From Candidatus Latescibacterota bacterium (GTDB lineage Bacteria > Latescibacterota > UBA2968): a stretch of 32,659 nucleotides of DNA. The stretch covers positions 1-32,659 of the forward strand of contig JAYODI010000069.1 of NCBI GenBank assembly GCA_038279365.1. The letters run 5' to 3'. Of the stretch, positions 10,701 to 18,036 are shown piece by piece. Each line of letters starts with the position of its first letter. Within the stretch, counting starts at the first letter, position 1. The translations under genes were made by a program, and so were the position numbers. The notes under the pieces were generated by a model. That model worked only from the letters and a program-made list of their open reading frames with translations. It ran no database searches and was not told where the DNA came from.

Positions 10701-10925
10701 ATTGGTATAACCTGTTGCAAAAACTTCAACCACCACAGTGCCATTTGCTGAAGCGGTAGCCGATGTGGTTTCACTAAATTTGCCATCTCCAGTGCCAGCT
10801 TGAACATCTGCGGCAACTTGAATTTGTGCTTGTGAGGGCGTTGCCCAGGCGACCATGAGCAACATAAGGACAAGTCCTGCACGGTTTGTGAGTTGTTGAA
10901 CAACACGTTTGCTTTTGGGGAACAT
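4797..10925 (-). CDS. Large secreted multidomain protein (paralog of 203..4519): three cohesin-like N-domains, ten FN3-like repeats, two FN3/Ig domains, dockerin-like pair, cohesin-like domain, FlgD/T9SS-type CTD
   Basis: Start moved from 10958 to ATG 10925, which follows AGGAGG by 6 nt. Signal peptide ends ...ATPSQA|Q. Ten WxTDE-type repeats. GDLTGDKAVGFPDF / ADLNSDGSVGFPDF. Same C-terminus FNQTHKMMLLK as the paralog. Confidence 0.9.
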   Translation of the reverse strand: MFPKSKRVVQQLTNRAGLVLMLLMVAWATPSQAQIQVAADVQAGTGDGKFSETTSATASANGTVVVEVFATGYTNAQGVEIVLEVPDITAIKGDAQGNSSEFPVGINSTVGNQLKYSAVAFGATKSHAGPLKLVGAMTLNLSATFTSTTIKLVSVDFGGGQILRPNTSFTVGDPNSLPIISAATADLNSQFGNQNLSIARINSGRQFPIEIFGAGLRGITGYEIQLQIDNLSNFDVNNLRFDANTPFTVTPASGTGGGLPTAVASNNPRVGADIVLGNQGDRRYNANNISVAKGLLGNSVAIELYGTGYQEVGGFTAILELSNPSAVQSITLNPAQTFPIKLQEPILNGNLVTANLGFLGSTTAPSNDLLLLGTVVINLSPNLGSGLGISVKSIAFQSVTSEDLVIPNAVLTVTNEGGGIISIGPTVEVNGNTLTAKATSRIPVNGNERLGSFGISTSNTFQGGQITLSKVIVTAGTKTATLEPNTVLRLNSVVSNLPSVVRPPVPITVTDTRAIIQWETNVNSTGKVIYGTAPNNMNQEAETGATGRVHTVRLSGLTLGTRYFFQVTNADANGTSDPFPPLPAQFFTRNRPDDQPPRVLRGPVAFGVTNNRADIVLDTDEAAVIEVLYGTSLNDLSQTASRSSSELAHKLVLEGLTPGTQYFYRVKVTDLNGNTATTGTKDFRTRTGQDNLPPRILGRPAILGRSYNATVVQWFTDEPSNSTVLYGTESGALTDSTTVDEATRDHKVSLGNLQAGVEYFYQVKSIDASGNAAISPTSSFTTSTSEDTQAPRFVRPPVVPRRSNTQALIVFETNEPTTASVQYATTTDVYTDTIGTVGETVNATDVSRKHEITLTNLDPGTRYYYVVSITDLASNGPTTNPGQRNFATRSVADTSPPVVFSRPVAVGITSTGAIISWGADEPHSAVINFGPVTAGKQTTSTELTQSVEDINFTQRHAVTLADLSAGTTYAYEVQTTDAAGNVSSSKNLRFTTQSGTDTSAPVIVRGPVARNITATTATIDWVTDEVSDSRVSYGSSTNYDNIVEESTGTRIHSITLTNLEAGTLYHYAVGSADQSGNVVTTDATGTVIGLSKDHTFRTRASADTQAPVITEGPIVEFTDQIAVVKWRTDELSTSRVAIGVSPSATNIVEGTPVFGQTSELVFEDNELVINHSVTVTQLSPGLNYIFQASSTDASGNTVNTSTPSSVSTKLQPPGGFGSFTTSTQSDTQFPVITSGPTVVASTSSSLTIEWETDESANSSVSFGTSTNNLGDQEVSGTNVTTHRVVLTKLAAGTTYAYEVASTDASGNGETRSKAAFGTTPSAEDLTAPVITTAPSVIYKNDRSVTIQWVTNEAANAEVAFGTSADSLVNVRTLPDFETTHTVTLTNLNANTTYHFKASSTDQNNNGPTSSATMTVTTEAAPDTQTPTLSAVSASVADSSAIISWKSDEVSDSAVRYGTTSGTYGFNAGDATDVLDHVVTLTNLSPNTTYFYVVESIDRSGNGPAQSAEGSFTTAAPGDVQAPAPPSGLVVNGGNKAVKLFWSASASSGVVGYVIERSANSGDFAPLASVDPTTSYVDNNVTNDTPYTYRVASVGTKQLTSAASTPSETVTPSASGGPSAPALFGIQGNRLTPTIVINNSKPLNTSDVLSYTFHLATSADFTDAIELETGLSNGAGTGTGDPSGVTAYTVSRTLTDGTTYHYRVKASDGTFDSAFLTGSFVADSKAPQYPGDLTGDKAVGFPDFLSFLGAFNKKTGDEGFLADADLNSDGSVGFPDFLSFIGVFNKKYISGPSSGKPIVEIAYGENTEAQFQLIGRHLSSTEAGQEMAVDVKLANATDFMGYGVRISYDPSTVQFVNATDKGETLLKTGNRQAELFGTLEHDAEKGEVFIVGAITNGNPVDGEGILTTLQFRLLGNDPQKALIEIAQGLLIDGGLNPSIAQNLGGRFALVPTEYALEHNFPNPFNPETTLKYAIPNAGDVTLIVYNVLGQEIVRLVDAKQTPGFYAVRWNGQDALGRSVASGVYLYRIQAGDFNQTHKMMLLK

Positions 10926-11398
10926 ACACAGCCTCCTGTAATATGGCATAAAAGGCAAAAAACGATGGCAAATACAATGATATCTTTTAAAAATAATATC
11001 TGCTTTTACCTGTTGGTTTGCCTAACAAACCAAAATGATGATGAAAGTTTAAATGTTTAAATACAAAAACCGATATGTAACTGATGTACCACACAACTTA
11101 ACTTATTTGGTCCATTATTTGTGCTGGGTCATAGTCATTAATAATGGGAAAATAATCATAAATGTATGGAAAAACAAGCGCTATGATTAGGCGTTCAAGT
11201 TCGAAAATTTCAAGATGGAAAAGATCAGTTGAGATAAAAAAACGAGCAGAAAAATTTGCGAAAAGACAATGGTTGTTTATTTGGTCGAGGTGATCTCGTA
11301 TTATAAATATCGGATTATTAGACATAAAAAAGTGTGTCTATAATCACAAAAAATAAATTAAATGCGTTTGTTTATTATCTGAGATGGAGGGCGTTAAG

Positions 11399-12460
11399 CT
11401 ATTGGAGGGCTTTTAAAAGTTGATCTGGTGACCAGGTTTTGGTTGTTTCGGGGGCGAAGGTTTCAACATTTTTGTGGGTGGGTGATATCCAGCGGGCAAG
11501 GTCGTTGGTTGGAAAAAAGCCTTTGATGGGTAAGCCCATTGCAGTACCTAAGTGAAACAGGTCGGAATTGCAGGCAATGAGGTATTTACAGGCAGTTAAA
11601 AGGGCAACAACCTTGGGCAAGTCGTCGGTTTCGAATAATAAAACGCGTGCACCCAAAGCTTCTTTGATTAACTGAGCGGTTTTTCGCTCTAAAAAATCAA
11701 AGAAAACCAATAAACGAGCATTGTTATTTTGAAGAACGCTCTCAGCAATTTCTTGGAATTTTTTGGCCGAAGGTCGTGTGCCTTCGGTGTGGCTGACATC
11801 TAATGCAATAAATTCTTCGTCGGGTTTGCGTCCTACGAGATATCGGTTGAGGATTTTTTCGGAGCTTTCTTTAGAAACAGACCATGAAACGCGTTCTTTA
11901 ACTTGGGGGATGCCCAATGTGCGTAACAAGAGAGAGAGCCGTCGTTCTTCATAGACTTCATCGGGTTTGGGAACGATGCGAATGTTAAAAAAAGGAAAAT
12001 TGTCACGTTGAAAACCGATGCGAATTTTTGCGCCACTCTTATAACACAGGTAAGCGGGGCAAAAGCTGGTTTCTGTGCTAAAACAAAAGGCCAAATCGAA
12101 AGGCGATTTTTGTAATTGGCCGATGGTTTCGCGCAATTTTCCGCCTACGGGAAGAAGAAAATCTTCATAGATCACAACATTGTCTACAAAAGGGATTTCG
12201 CGGGCAATAAACGCGCGATCATTGCGTGCAAGGAGACAAATTTGGGCATTGGGATAGTGTTTACGAACGGCCCATATTTGAGAAGCGGCTAAAAATATGG
12301 CACCCGGATGACTGTCGGCAGCGATGAGAATATGGTTGGGTGATTTGAGGGCCTGAGCGACTGAAAAAGTAGCATCATTGGGTTTTTGTACGGATGAGAG
12401 TCGATATGCAACCGGATTGAAAAGGTTTTGGCGCAACCAACCAACGGCCTGTGATGTCAC
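11399..12460 (-). CDS. Glycosyltransferase family 9 (heptosyltransferase-like) fold protein with degenerate catalytic motifs
   Basis: GT9-like segments (VRKHYPNAQI, PFVDNVV, FDLAF, SGAKIRIGF, IACNSDLFHLGTAMGLP). Start moved to GTG 12460, which has a GAAGGAG RBS and overlaps the upstream stop (GTGA). Confidence 0.75.
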   Translation of the reverse strand: MTSQAVGWLRQNLFNPVAYRLSSVQKPNDATFSVAQALKSPNHILIAADSHPGAIFLAASQIWAVRKHYPNAQICLLARNDRAFIAREIPFVDNVVIYEDFLLPVGGKLRETIGQLQKSPFDLAFCFSTETSFCPAYLCYKSGAKIRIGFQRDNFPFFNIRIVPKPDEVYEERRLSLLLRTLGIPQVKERVSWSVSKESSEKILNRYLVGRKPDEEFIALDVSHTEGTRPSAKKFQEIAESVLQNNNARLLVFFDFLERKTAQLIKEALGARVLLFETDDLPKVVALLTACKYLIACNSDLFHLGTAMGLPIKGFFPTNDLARWISPTHKNVETFAPETTKTWSPDQLLKALQ

Positions 12461-13494
12461 GGCGTGTTCTCCTTCCATATTTTGGATTCGAGCTTCACAC
12501 CTTGTGACATTTTTTTATAAGATTTTTTGTCATAGCGCAATTGTCGGTCGCGGATGCCCATGTTTAAGAGTGTGTTATAAATGCTTAAAGAAACTTTGGA
12601 TGTGGGTTGGTCGAGCAAATAAGGTTTCATTTTTTCGCAGGCGTCAACAACGCGTTCGTCATATTCGATATGGCCCAAATAATCCATATCAACGCTTAAA
12701 TATTCTCGCACCAAATACGTGAAAAGGTGTGCATCTTCAAGTTGGCTCTTTTTACGCAGTTTATTCATGATTAACTTAGGACGAAAAGAAGAGATAAGTT
12801 CGCGGGCCTTGTCGTTATATTCGGGAACTTCGTCACCTATGCGGTTTAAGAGATCTCTAATTTTGAGTGCGCGTTGGGCATTGTTGCCAAAGTTAATGAT
12901 GAGGTCCTTAAGCAATGTGTTTTTTCCAAATGTTTGTAACAATTTTCGGTAAACGGCATTTTTGACAAAAGAATAAGCATCAATTTTGGCCTGTGGTTCG
13001 GGGTTGCAAACGATAAACCCTTCATTGGAGATCACAAAAAAATCGAGGGTATTATAAGCCGTTCCGGCACCCAAATCGACCAAAATAAAATCGGCGTCGA
13101 GTTGGTTGATATGTCGTTTGAGTTTTTCTTTGCGCTGGTGGGGTAAATTGGCCAAACCAATCAGCTCACTGCCCCCACAAATGAGGTTGAGGTTGGCACT
13201 GTTGGTGGGTAAAACAACATCACTTAAAGAAGGTACACGCCCACTGAGAAAGTCATTGAGATTGCGTTTGGGTACTGGCATGCCAAAAGAAAGATGCAAG
13301 TCGGCACCACCCAAGTCACCATCGATGAGGATCACTTTGTAACCTAAAATGGCCAATCCGACCCCCAAGTTGGTGGTCACCATGGTTTTGCCAGTGCCAC
13401 CTTTTCCGCCAGCAACAGCCCAAATTCGTTTTTCTAAATGAACGTCATCAAGCAATATGGTGGAAGAGGTCGATTCGTTTTGTCTGTTGAACAT
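12457..13494 (-). CDS. MinD/FlhG/ParA-family P-loop ATPase with C-terminal extension
   Basis: Deviant Walker A GGKGGTGKT, LIDGDLGG, Walker B-like FILVDLGAG, LIMNK, GHIEYD. Confidence 0.88.
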   Translation of the reverse strand: MFNRQNESTSSTILLDDVHLEKRIWAVAGGKGGTGKTMVTTNLGVGLAILGYKVILIDGDLGGADLHLSFGMPVPKRNLNDFLSGRVPSLSDVVLPTNSANLNLICGGSELIGLANLPHQRKEKLKRHINQLDADFILVDLGAGTAYNTLDFFVISNEGFIVCNPEPQAKIDAYSFVKNAVYRKLLQTFGKNTLLKDLIINFGNNAQRALKIRDLLNRIGDEVPEYNDKARELISSFRPKLIMNKLRKKSQLEDAHLFTYLVREYLSVDMDYLGHIEYDERVVDACEKMKPYLLDQPTSKVSLSIYNTLLNMGIRDRQLRYDKKSYKKMSQGVKLESKIWKENTP

Positions 13495-13551
13495 TGTGCG
13501 CTTTCTTTAAACACGCGTTTTTTGCTAAGTAAGTGGGGCAAGATCATCTGT

Positions 13552-13580
13552 AAATTAGTGTATTTCTGAAGGTTTGTCAA
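13552..13580 (-). promoter_or_regulatory. Putative sigma70 promoter for the MinD/FlhG-like operon
   Basis: Minus strand TTGACA-17 nt-TAATTT, about 57 nt upstream of the ATG. Confidence 0.55.
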
Positions 13581-13750
13581 TTGGTGAACACGTAAGGCTT
13601 GGTCAGCAAAACACAGAAAGAGAAGGTGTTTTGAGTATTAAAATACAGGTTCTATGGCAATGGTTAGAAATGTACACCATATCTGGTGGATGAGGTGTTT
13701 GTTTGGGGGTTTTAAAACCTGCGTGAGGGTGCTTCAAAAGGATTTTCGAC

Positions 13751-13779
13751 TTGCTATTTCGCATTGTGTGGGTTATACT
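13751..13779 (+). promoter_or_regulatory. Putative sigma70 promoter for the Pro-rich gene
   Basis: TTGCTA-17 nt-TATACT, about 90 nt upstream of ATG 13870. Confidence 0.55.
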
Positions 13780-13869
13780 TAGGGGACTTAAACTCATGTA
13801 ATTGTTCATCTTGAAACAATCCTTAAATTAGAGGTTTGTTCTGGTCTCCCCAAACCAAGGACATCGGCC

Positions 13870-14670
13870 ATGATTCCATCAAATGGCAAAGCAAACGCAA
13901 CATTGTATGAACAGGTCTTAGATTTTGCGCGCAAAGAAATAGAAGATGCGTCGTCGCAAATGGAAGAATTGCGTCGGGCGCTTCATTTGGTAGAGGCGCG
14001 CGTTGAAGCGGCAAAATCGGTTTATGAATCGGTGGCGGCGCGCTTAAATCTTGAAGATGAGTTGGAAGATGAAGTGCAATTGGGCATGACGGAGCTTTCT
14101 CACAACCCTTCTGTTTTGCAGCAAAATGCACCGCCCTCTTTTGTGCCTAAGCCGCAATCTCCAGCATTTGAGCCTCCTCCGGTGGCCAATACCTATGAAG
14201 AACCCCCCGTTTTTGCGCCTGAGCCGCAAGCAGCACCACCTGCGCCACCCCCACCCGTGGCCAAAGAGCCCGAGGCTCCCCCCGTTTTTGCACCCGAACC
14301 AACGGCCCCTGCACCTGCACCTCAACAGAGTGCGCCACCTCCTGTTTTTGCACCCGAACCACCCAAACAGGCTCCGGCACCTCAAAGCAATGGTGCTTCC
14401 GACGGGTTTAGTATGGATTTGATTCGCAAACACCTTGAAGCGCGTGAAAGAGCGGCCCAAAAGGCATCACAAGCCCCTGCAAAGCGCCCAGAAACACCCT
14501 CAGAACCCCCTGTTCAAGCGCCTGTTCAAGCAAAGGCGCCCCCACCTCCACCACCCGCTCCAAAAACAGAGGCGCCGGCGGCAAGCCAACCTGCTCAAGG
14601 GGGTTTTCCTGGGTTATCGGAGGCAGATCGGGCATTGATTGGTGAATATTTGAGGTCTAAACGTGATTGA
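13870..14670 (+). CDS. Hypothetical protein: N-terminal coiled coil, Pro/Ala/Glu-rich disordered region, short helical motifs
   Basis: AAGGA RBS and upstream promoter. Heptad-like LYEQVLDFARKEIEDASSQMEELRRALHLVEARVEAAK. Three PPVFAPEP repeats. Confidence 0.8.
   Translation: MIPSNGKANATLYEQVLDFARKEIEDASSQMEELRRALHLVEARVEAAKSVYESVAARLNLEDELEDEVQLGMTELSHNPSVLQQNAPPSFVPKPQSPAFEPPPVANTYEEPPVFAPEPQAAPPAPPPPVAKEPEAPPVFAPEPTAPAPAPQQSAPPPVFAPEPPKQAPAPQSNGASDGFSMDLIRKHLEARERAAQKASQAPAKRPETPSEPPVQAPVQAKAPPPPPPAPKTEAPAASQPAQGGFPGLSEADRALIGEYLRSKRD
14203..14361 (+). repeat. Three intragenic PPVFAPEP repeats
   Basis: CCYCCYGTTTTTGCRCCYGARCCR at 14203-14226, 14278-14301 and 14338-14361. Confidence 0.9.
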
Positions 14671-14776
14671 TCTTCAGGGTGGGATGACCCAATCTTTGTG
14701 CGATGACCTGGGTTTGATGGTGTTTCAAAACATATTGTCTTGAACAGTGTTTTTGTTGGATACATATTTCTTTATG

Positions 14777-14822
14777 AGAACAGGGATTCACATCTTGCTT
14801 GTGACCCTGTTCTTTGTATTTT
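14777..14822 (+). terminator. Putative terminator hairpin between the Pro-rich gene and the ATP-grasp gene
   Basis: AGAACAGGG-(AT)-TCACA-loop-TGTGA-CCCTGTTCT followed by TTGTATTTT. Confidence 0.6.
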
Positions 14823-14921
14823 AGGGGAATGTGATTGTAAATCTATTGTGTGATTGCATGGCATTTGTGGTTTGATTTTGCAAATGCAGGGTGTCTTCTG
14901 GTCATTATTTAAGGGATTGAT

Positions 14922-16364
14922 ATGGGTTCAGGCATGGCAGAAAAGGCTGTTGAAGAGATGGATGCCCGAGAGCGGGCGCGTTATATAGATGCGTTGACAC
15001 CAGCAGGTGGGTTGTATACGGAAGTGCAACGCGATATCAGTGCAGAATCGAATAGTTCTTGGCGGGTTTCTCCTGAACCTTGGTGGCTTCCTGCACCTGT
15101 TATTGCACACTTAGAAGCCATGGGACAGCACTTATATGCATTTTATAAGGCGTTAAACCTGTTGTATTCGCACAGTTTGCGTGGTTTACAGCCCGATTGG
15201 GTGGCCCGTTATTTGGATCAAGGCAAAACAGAAGAAGTGATTAAATTTGGGCAGATGGGCCGTTTTAAAGGCCATCTGCCTTATGTGATTCGCCCCGATG
15301 TGATTCCCACACGCGAGGGGATGATTGCTTCTGAGTTGGATTCGGTGCCGGGGGGCATTGGTTTTACGGCCAGCTTGAGTGAGCGATATAGCAAATTGGG
15401 ATATGATGTGGTTGGAGGCCCCAATGGGATGGTGGATGGCTTTGCGAGCATGATACGGTGGGTGGCTGAAACAGGTGATCCTGTTTTGGGCATTGTTGTC
15501 TCTGACGAGGCATCGGCCTATCGCCCCGAAATGGTGTATCTGGGTGAACGCCTCAATGCTATAGGGCTTGAAACCTATGTTTTGGGCCCAGACGATGTGC
15601 ATTTTGTGGAAGATGGTTTGTTTGTGGATGGTGAAAAGGGTCGCCGAAAATTGGATGTGATTTATCGGTTTTTTGAGTTGTTTGACTTGCGCAATTTGCC
15701 AAAGATTGATTTAATTTTGTATGCTGTGCGCAAGGGCCTGGTCAAGATGACGCCTCCTGTGAAAGCCTATCATGAAGAAAAAATGATGATGGGTCTGTTT
15801 CATCACCCAATGTTGGCCAACTTTTGGAAACAGCAGTTGCCCAAAGACACGGTGGCATTTTTAAAAACAACCTTTCCAAAAACGTGGATCTTAGACCCAG
15901 CAACATTGCCTCCTCATGCGGTGATTCCCGATTTGGAAATAGATGGCCAACAGTTTTCCGATTGGCGACAGTTGGGTCAGTTGGGCCAAAAGAACCGTCA
16001 GTTGGTGATTAAACCCTCGGGTTTTTCGGAGCAAGCTTGGGGCAGCCGGGGGGTGGCCATTGGTCATGATATGGCTGAGACCGATTGGGTGGATGTGATC
16101 TCTCATGCGTTAAATACGTTTTCTGAATCGCCTCATGTGATGCAAATTTTTCATAACGGTGCGACGTTTTCCGCTTCATATTACGATTTTGAAACCGATC
16201 AGATAGAAACTTTTAAAGGCCGCGCACGTTTGCAACCGTATTATTTTGTGATTGATGACGAACCCGTTTTGTCGGGTGTGCAAGCCACGGTGTGTCCGGC
16301 AGATAAAAAATTGTTACACGGTATGGTGGATGCGGTGATTGTGCCTGGGGGAATCAAAAAGTAA
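14922..16364 (+). CDS. Circularly permuted ATP-grasp (glutathionylspermidine-synthase-like) amide ligase, substrate unknown
   Basis: N-terminal IRPD and SELD metal/ATP motifs precede DVIYRFFE, VIKPSG and the Gly-rich loop WGSRGV, the order seen in circularly permuted ATP-grasp proteins. Alternative start 14934. Confidence 0.72.
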   Translation: MGSGMAEKAVEEMDARERARYIDALTPAGGLYTEVQRDISAESNSSWRVSPEPWWLPAPVIAHLEAMGQHLYAFYKALNLLYSHSLRGLQPDWVARYLDQGKTEEVIKFGQMGRFKGHLPYVIRPDVIPTREGMIASELDSVPGGIGFTASLSERYSKLGYDVVGGPNGMVDGFASMIRWVAETGDPVLGIVVSDEASAYRPEMVYLGERLNAIGLETYVLGPDDVHFVEDGLFVDGEKGRRKLDVIYRFFELFDLRNLPKIDLILYAVRKGLVKMTPPVKAYHEEKMMMGLFHHPMLANFWKQQLPKDTVAFLKTTFPKTWILDPATLPPHAVIPDLEIDGQQFSDWRQLGQLGQKNRQLVIKPSGFSEQAWGSRGVAIGHDMAETDWVDVISHALNTFSESPHVMQIFHNGATFSASYYDFETDQIETFKGRARLQPYYFVIDDEPVLSGVQATVCPADKKLLHGMVDAVIVPGGIKK

Positions 16365-16370
16365 AAAGCA

Positions 16371-16455
16371 GGCAAAAGGCAAAAGTGAAACGGCAAAAGG
16401 TTACATATTTACCTTCGTTTGGTGAGGAAGATGTGTTTGCCATTTGGCGTTTGCC
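16371..16455. repeat. Inverted heptamer tandem-repeat element (GGCAAAA)n ... (GTTTGCC)n
   Basis: GGCAAAA GGCAAAA GTGAAAC GGCAAAA at 16371-16398 and GTTTGCC ATTTGGC GTTTGCC at 16435-16455. Confidence 0.7.
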
Positions 16456-16480
16456 GTCTTAATTGATTTTGGAGAGGATT

Positions 16481-17353
16481 ATGGCAACGGTAGAGAAAGA
16501 TTTAAACACCGCAACCGCAGAAGAAAAATTGGTTTTGTTAAATGCCCAATTAGAAAAAATGGGCAGTGCTGTGGTTGCTTTTTCGGGTGGGGTAGACAGT
16601 ACTTTTTTGGCTGCTGCTGCCCAACGGGTTTTGGGTGATAAGGCATTGGCCGTTACAGCCGTATCGGCCAGTTATGCCGAAGGTGAGTTGGACAAGGCAC
16701 AGGCATTGGCAGATCAAATTGGGATTCGGTTGGAAGTGGTGTATACCAATGAAATGGAAAACCCTGATTATGTAAAAAACAACCCCGACCGTTGTTTTCA
16801 TTGCAAGAGTGCTTTGGCTGATAAGTTGGATGATGTGATAGATCAATATGCAGGTCAATATGACTATCTGTTATATGGTGCCATTGCAGATGATGTGGGT
16901 GATTATCGACCTGGTATGGCGGCTGCCAAAGCACGTGGTATTTTGGCGCCAATGATTGATGTGGGCATGACAAAAGATGATGTGCGTACCTTGTCGCGCC
17001 AATGGGATTTGCCCACGTGGGATATGCCTGCATCGGCGTGTTTGTCGTCGCGCATTCCTTATGGCACACAAGTCACTGTAGAAGCATTGCGCATGATTGA
17101 TGCTTCTGAAAAGTATCTCAAAGAAAAAGGGTTTGTTCAGGTGCGCGTACGCCATCACGAAAACATGGCGCGCATAGAAGTGGCCCCTGAAGAAATGCAA
17201 AAGTTTTTTGTTTCCAATGTGCATATGGACGTGTCTCAAGCGTTGAAAGCTATTGGCTACCAGTATGTGACGTTGGATTTGCAAGGGTATCGCACAGGCA
17301 GTTTAAATGAGACCTTAAAAGAAAAACCGTTGTTGCATATTGAAAAAGTATAA
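16481..17353 (+). CDS. larE: ATP-dependent sulfur transferase LarE (PP-loop)
   Basis: PP-loop AFSGGVDS, NNPDRCFHCK, DYRPG, PASACLSSRIPYG, RVRHH, LDLQGYRTGS. ATG 16481 follows GGAGAGG. Confidence 0.93.
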   Translation: MATVEKDLNTATAEEKLVLLNAQLEKMGSAVVAFSGGVDSTFLAAAAQRVLGDKALAVTAVSASYAEGELDKAQALADQIGIRLEVVYTNEMENPDYVKNNPDRCFHCKSALADKLDDVIDQYAGQYDYLLYGAIADDVGDYRPGMAAAKARGILAPMIDVGMTKDDVRTLSRQWDLPTWDMPASACLSSRIPYGTQVTVEALRMIDASEKYLKEKGFVQVRVRHHENMARIEVAPEEMQKFFVSNVHMDVSQALKAIGYQYVTLDLQGYRTGSLNETLKEKPLLHIEKV

Positions 17354-17414
17354 ATGTATAAACAATTATAGATGTGACTGATAGACTTAGACCCTCTATT
17401 TGGATGATATTTGA

Positions 17415-17972
17415 ATGGCATTGTTAGAAATTAAAAAGTTTGGATGTGCAACCCTACGTAAAAAAGCCACACCGGTTCAAGAAGTCACCGATGAAACGCG
17501 GAAACTGGTACAGGATATGTTTGAAACCATGTATGAAGCCGAAGGCATTGGGCTGGCAGCCAACCAAATTGGTGTGACGGAGCGCATATTGATTTTGGAT
17601 GTGCAACCGCATCACCCTGATTCAGAACCGATGGTGTTTATCAACCCCGAAATTGTTTGGTCTGCGGGTGAATATACAGGTGATGAAGGGTGCCTCAGTT
17701 TGCCGGGTATTTCAGGTGAAGTTACGCGCCCAGCCCAAGTGCGTGTGCGTGCGCTTAAGGACGATGGCACCTCGTTTGAAGTGGAATTGGATCAAATGGG
17801 CGCCAAGGCCTTGCAACACGAAGTGGATCATTTGGACGGTATTTTGGTGCTTGAGCATTTTAGTGTGATTAAACGTAATTTGTTGCGCAATCAATTGCGC
17901 AGACTTCAAAAAGAAGGCAAAAACCAAACCTTAGATTTGAAATATATAGAAAGAGAAAGTCGCACGTTTTAA
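17415..17972 (+). CDS. def: Peptide deformylase
   Basis: All three signature motifs: GIGLAANQ, EGCLS, QHEVDHLDG. Confidence 0.97.
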   Translation: MALLEIKKFGCATLRKKATPVQEVTDETRKLVQDMFETMYEAEGIGLAANQIGVTERILILDVQPHHPDSEPMVFINPEIVWSAGEYTGDEGCLSLPGISGEVTRPAQVRVRALKDDGTSFEVELDQMGAKALQHEVDHLDGILVLEHFSVIKRNLLRNQLRRLQKEGKNQTLDLKYIERESRTF

Positions 17973-18036
17973 GTTGTGAATCCAATATTTATATCAAGCG
18001 GTTCACAAAGTTTTGATGTGCAGCACAAAACTTTTT

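Noticed and set aside
224-10977. Many short ORFs overlapping the two giant genes (e.g. 2550..2933, 9340..9945)
   Set aside because: They are antisense or off-frame shadows of Thr/Val/Ser-rich coding sequence, with no RBS or motifs.
11098-11325. 75-aa ORF in the AT-rich spacer
   Set aside because: No clear RBS or motif. The region looks like promoter DNA for the 2042-aa gene.
12457-13494. Assigning the symbol flhG or minD
   Set aside because: No flhF, flagellar, minC or minE neighbours, and the protein is longer than either, so only a family-level call is supportable.
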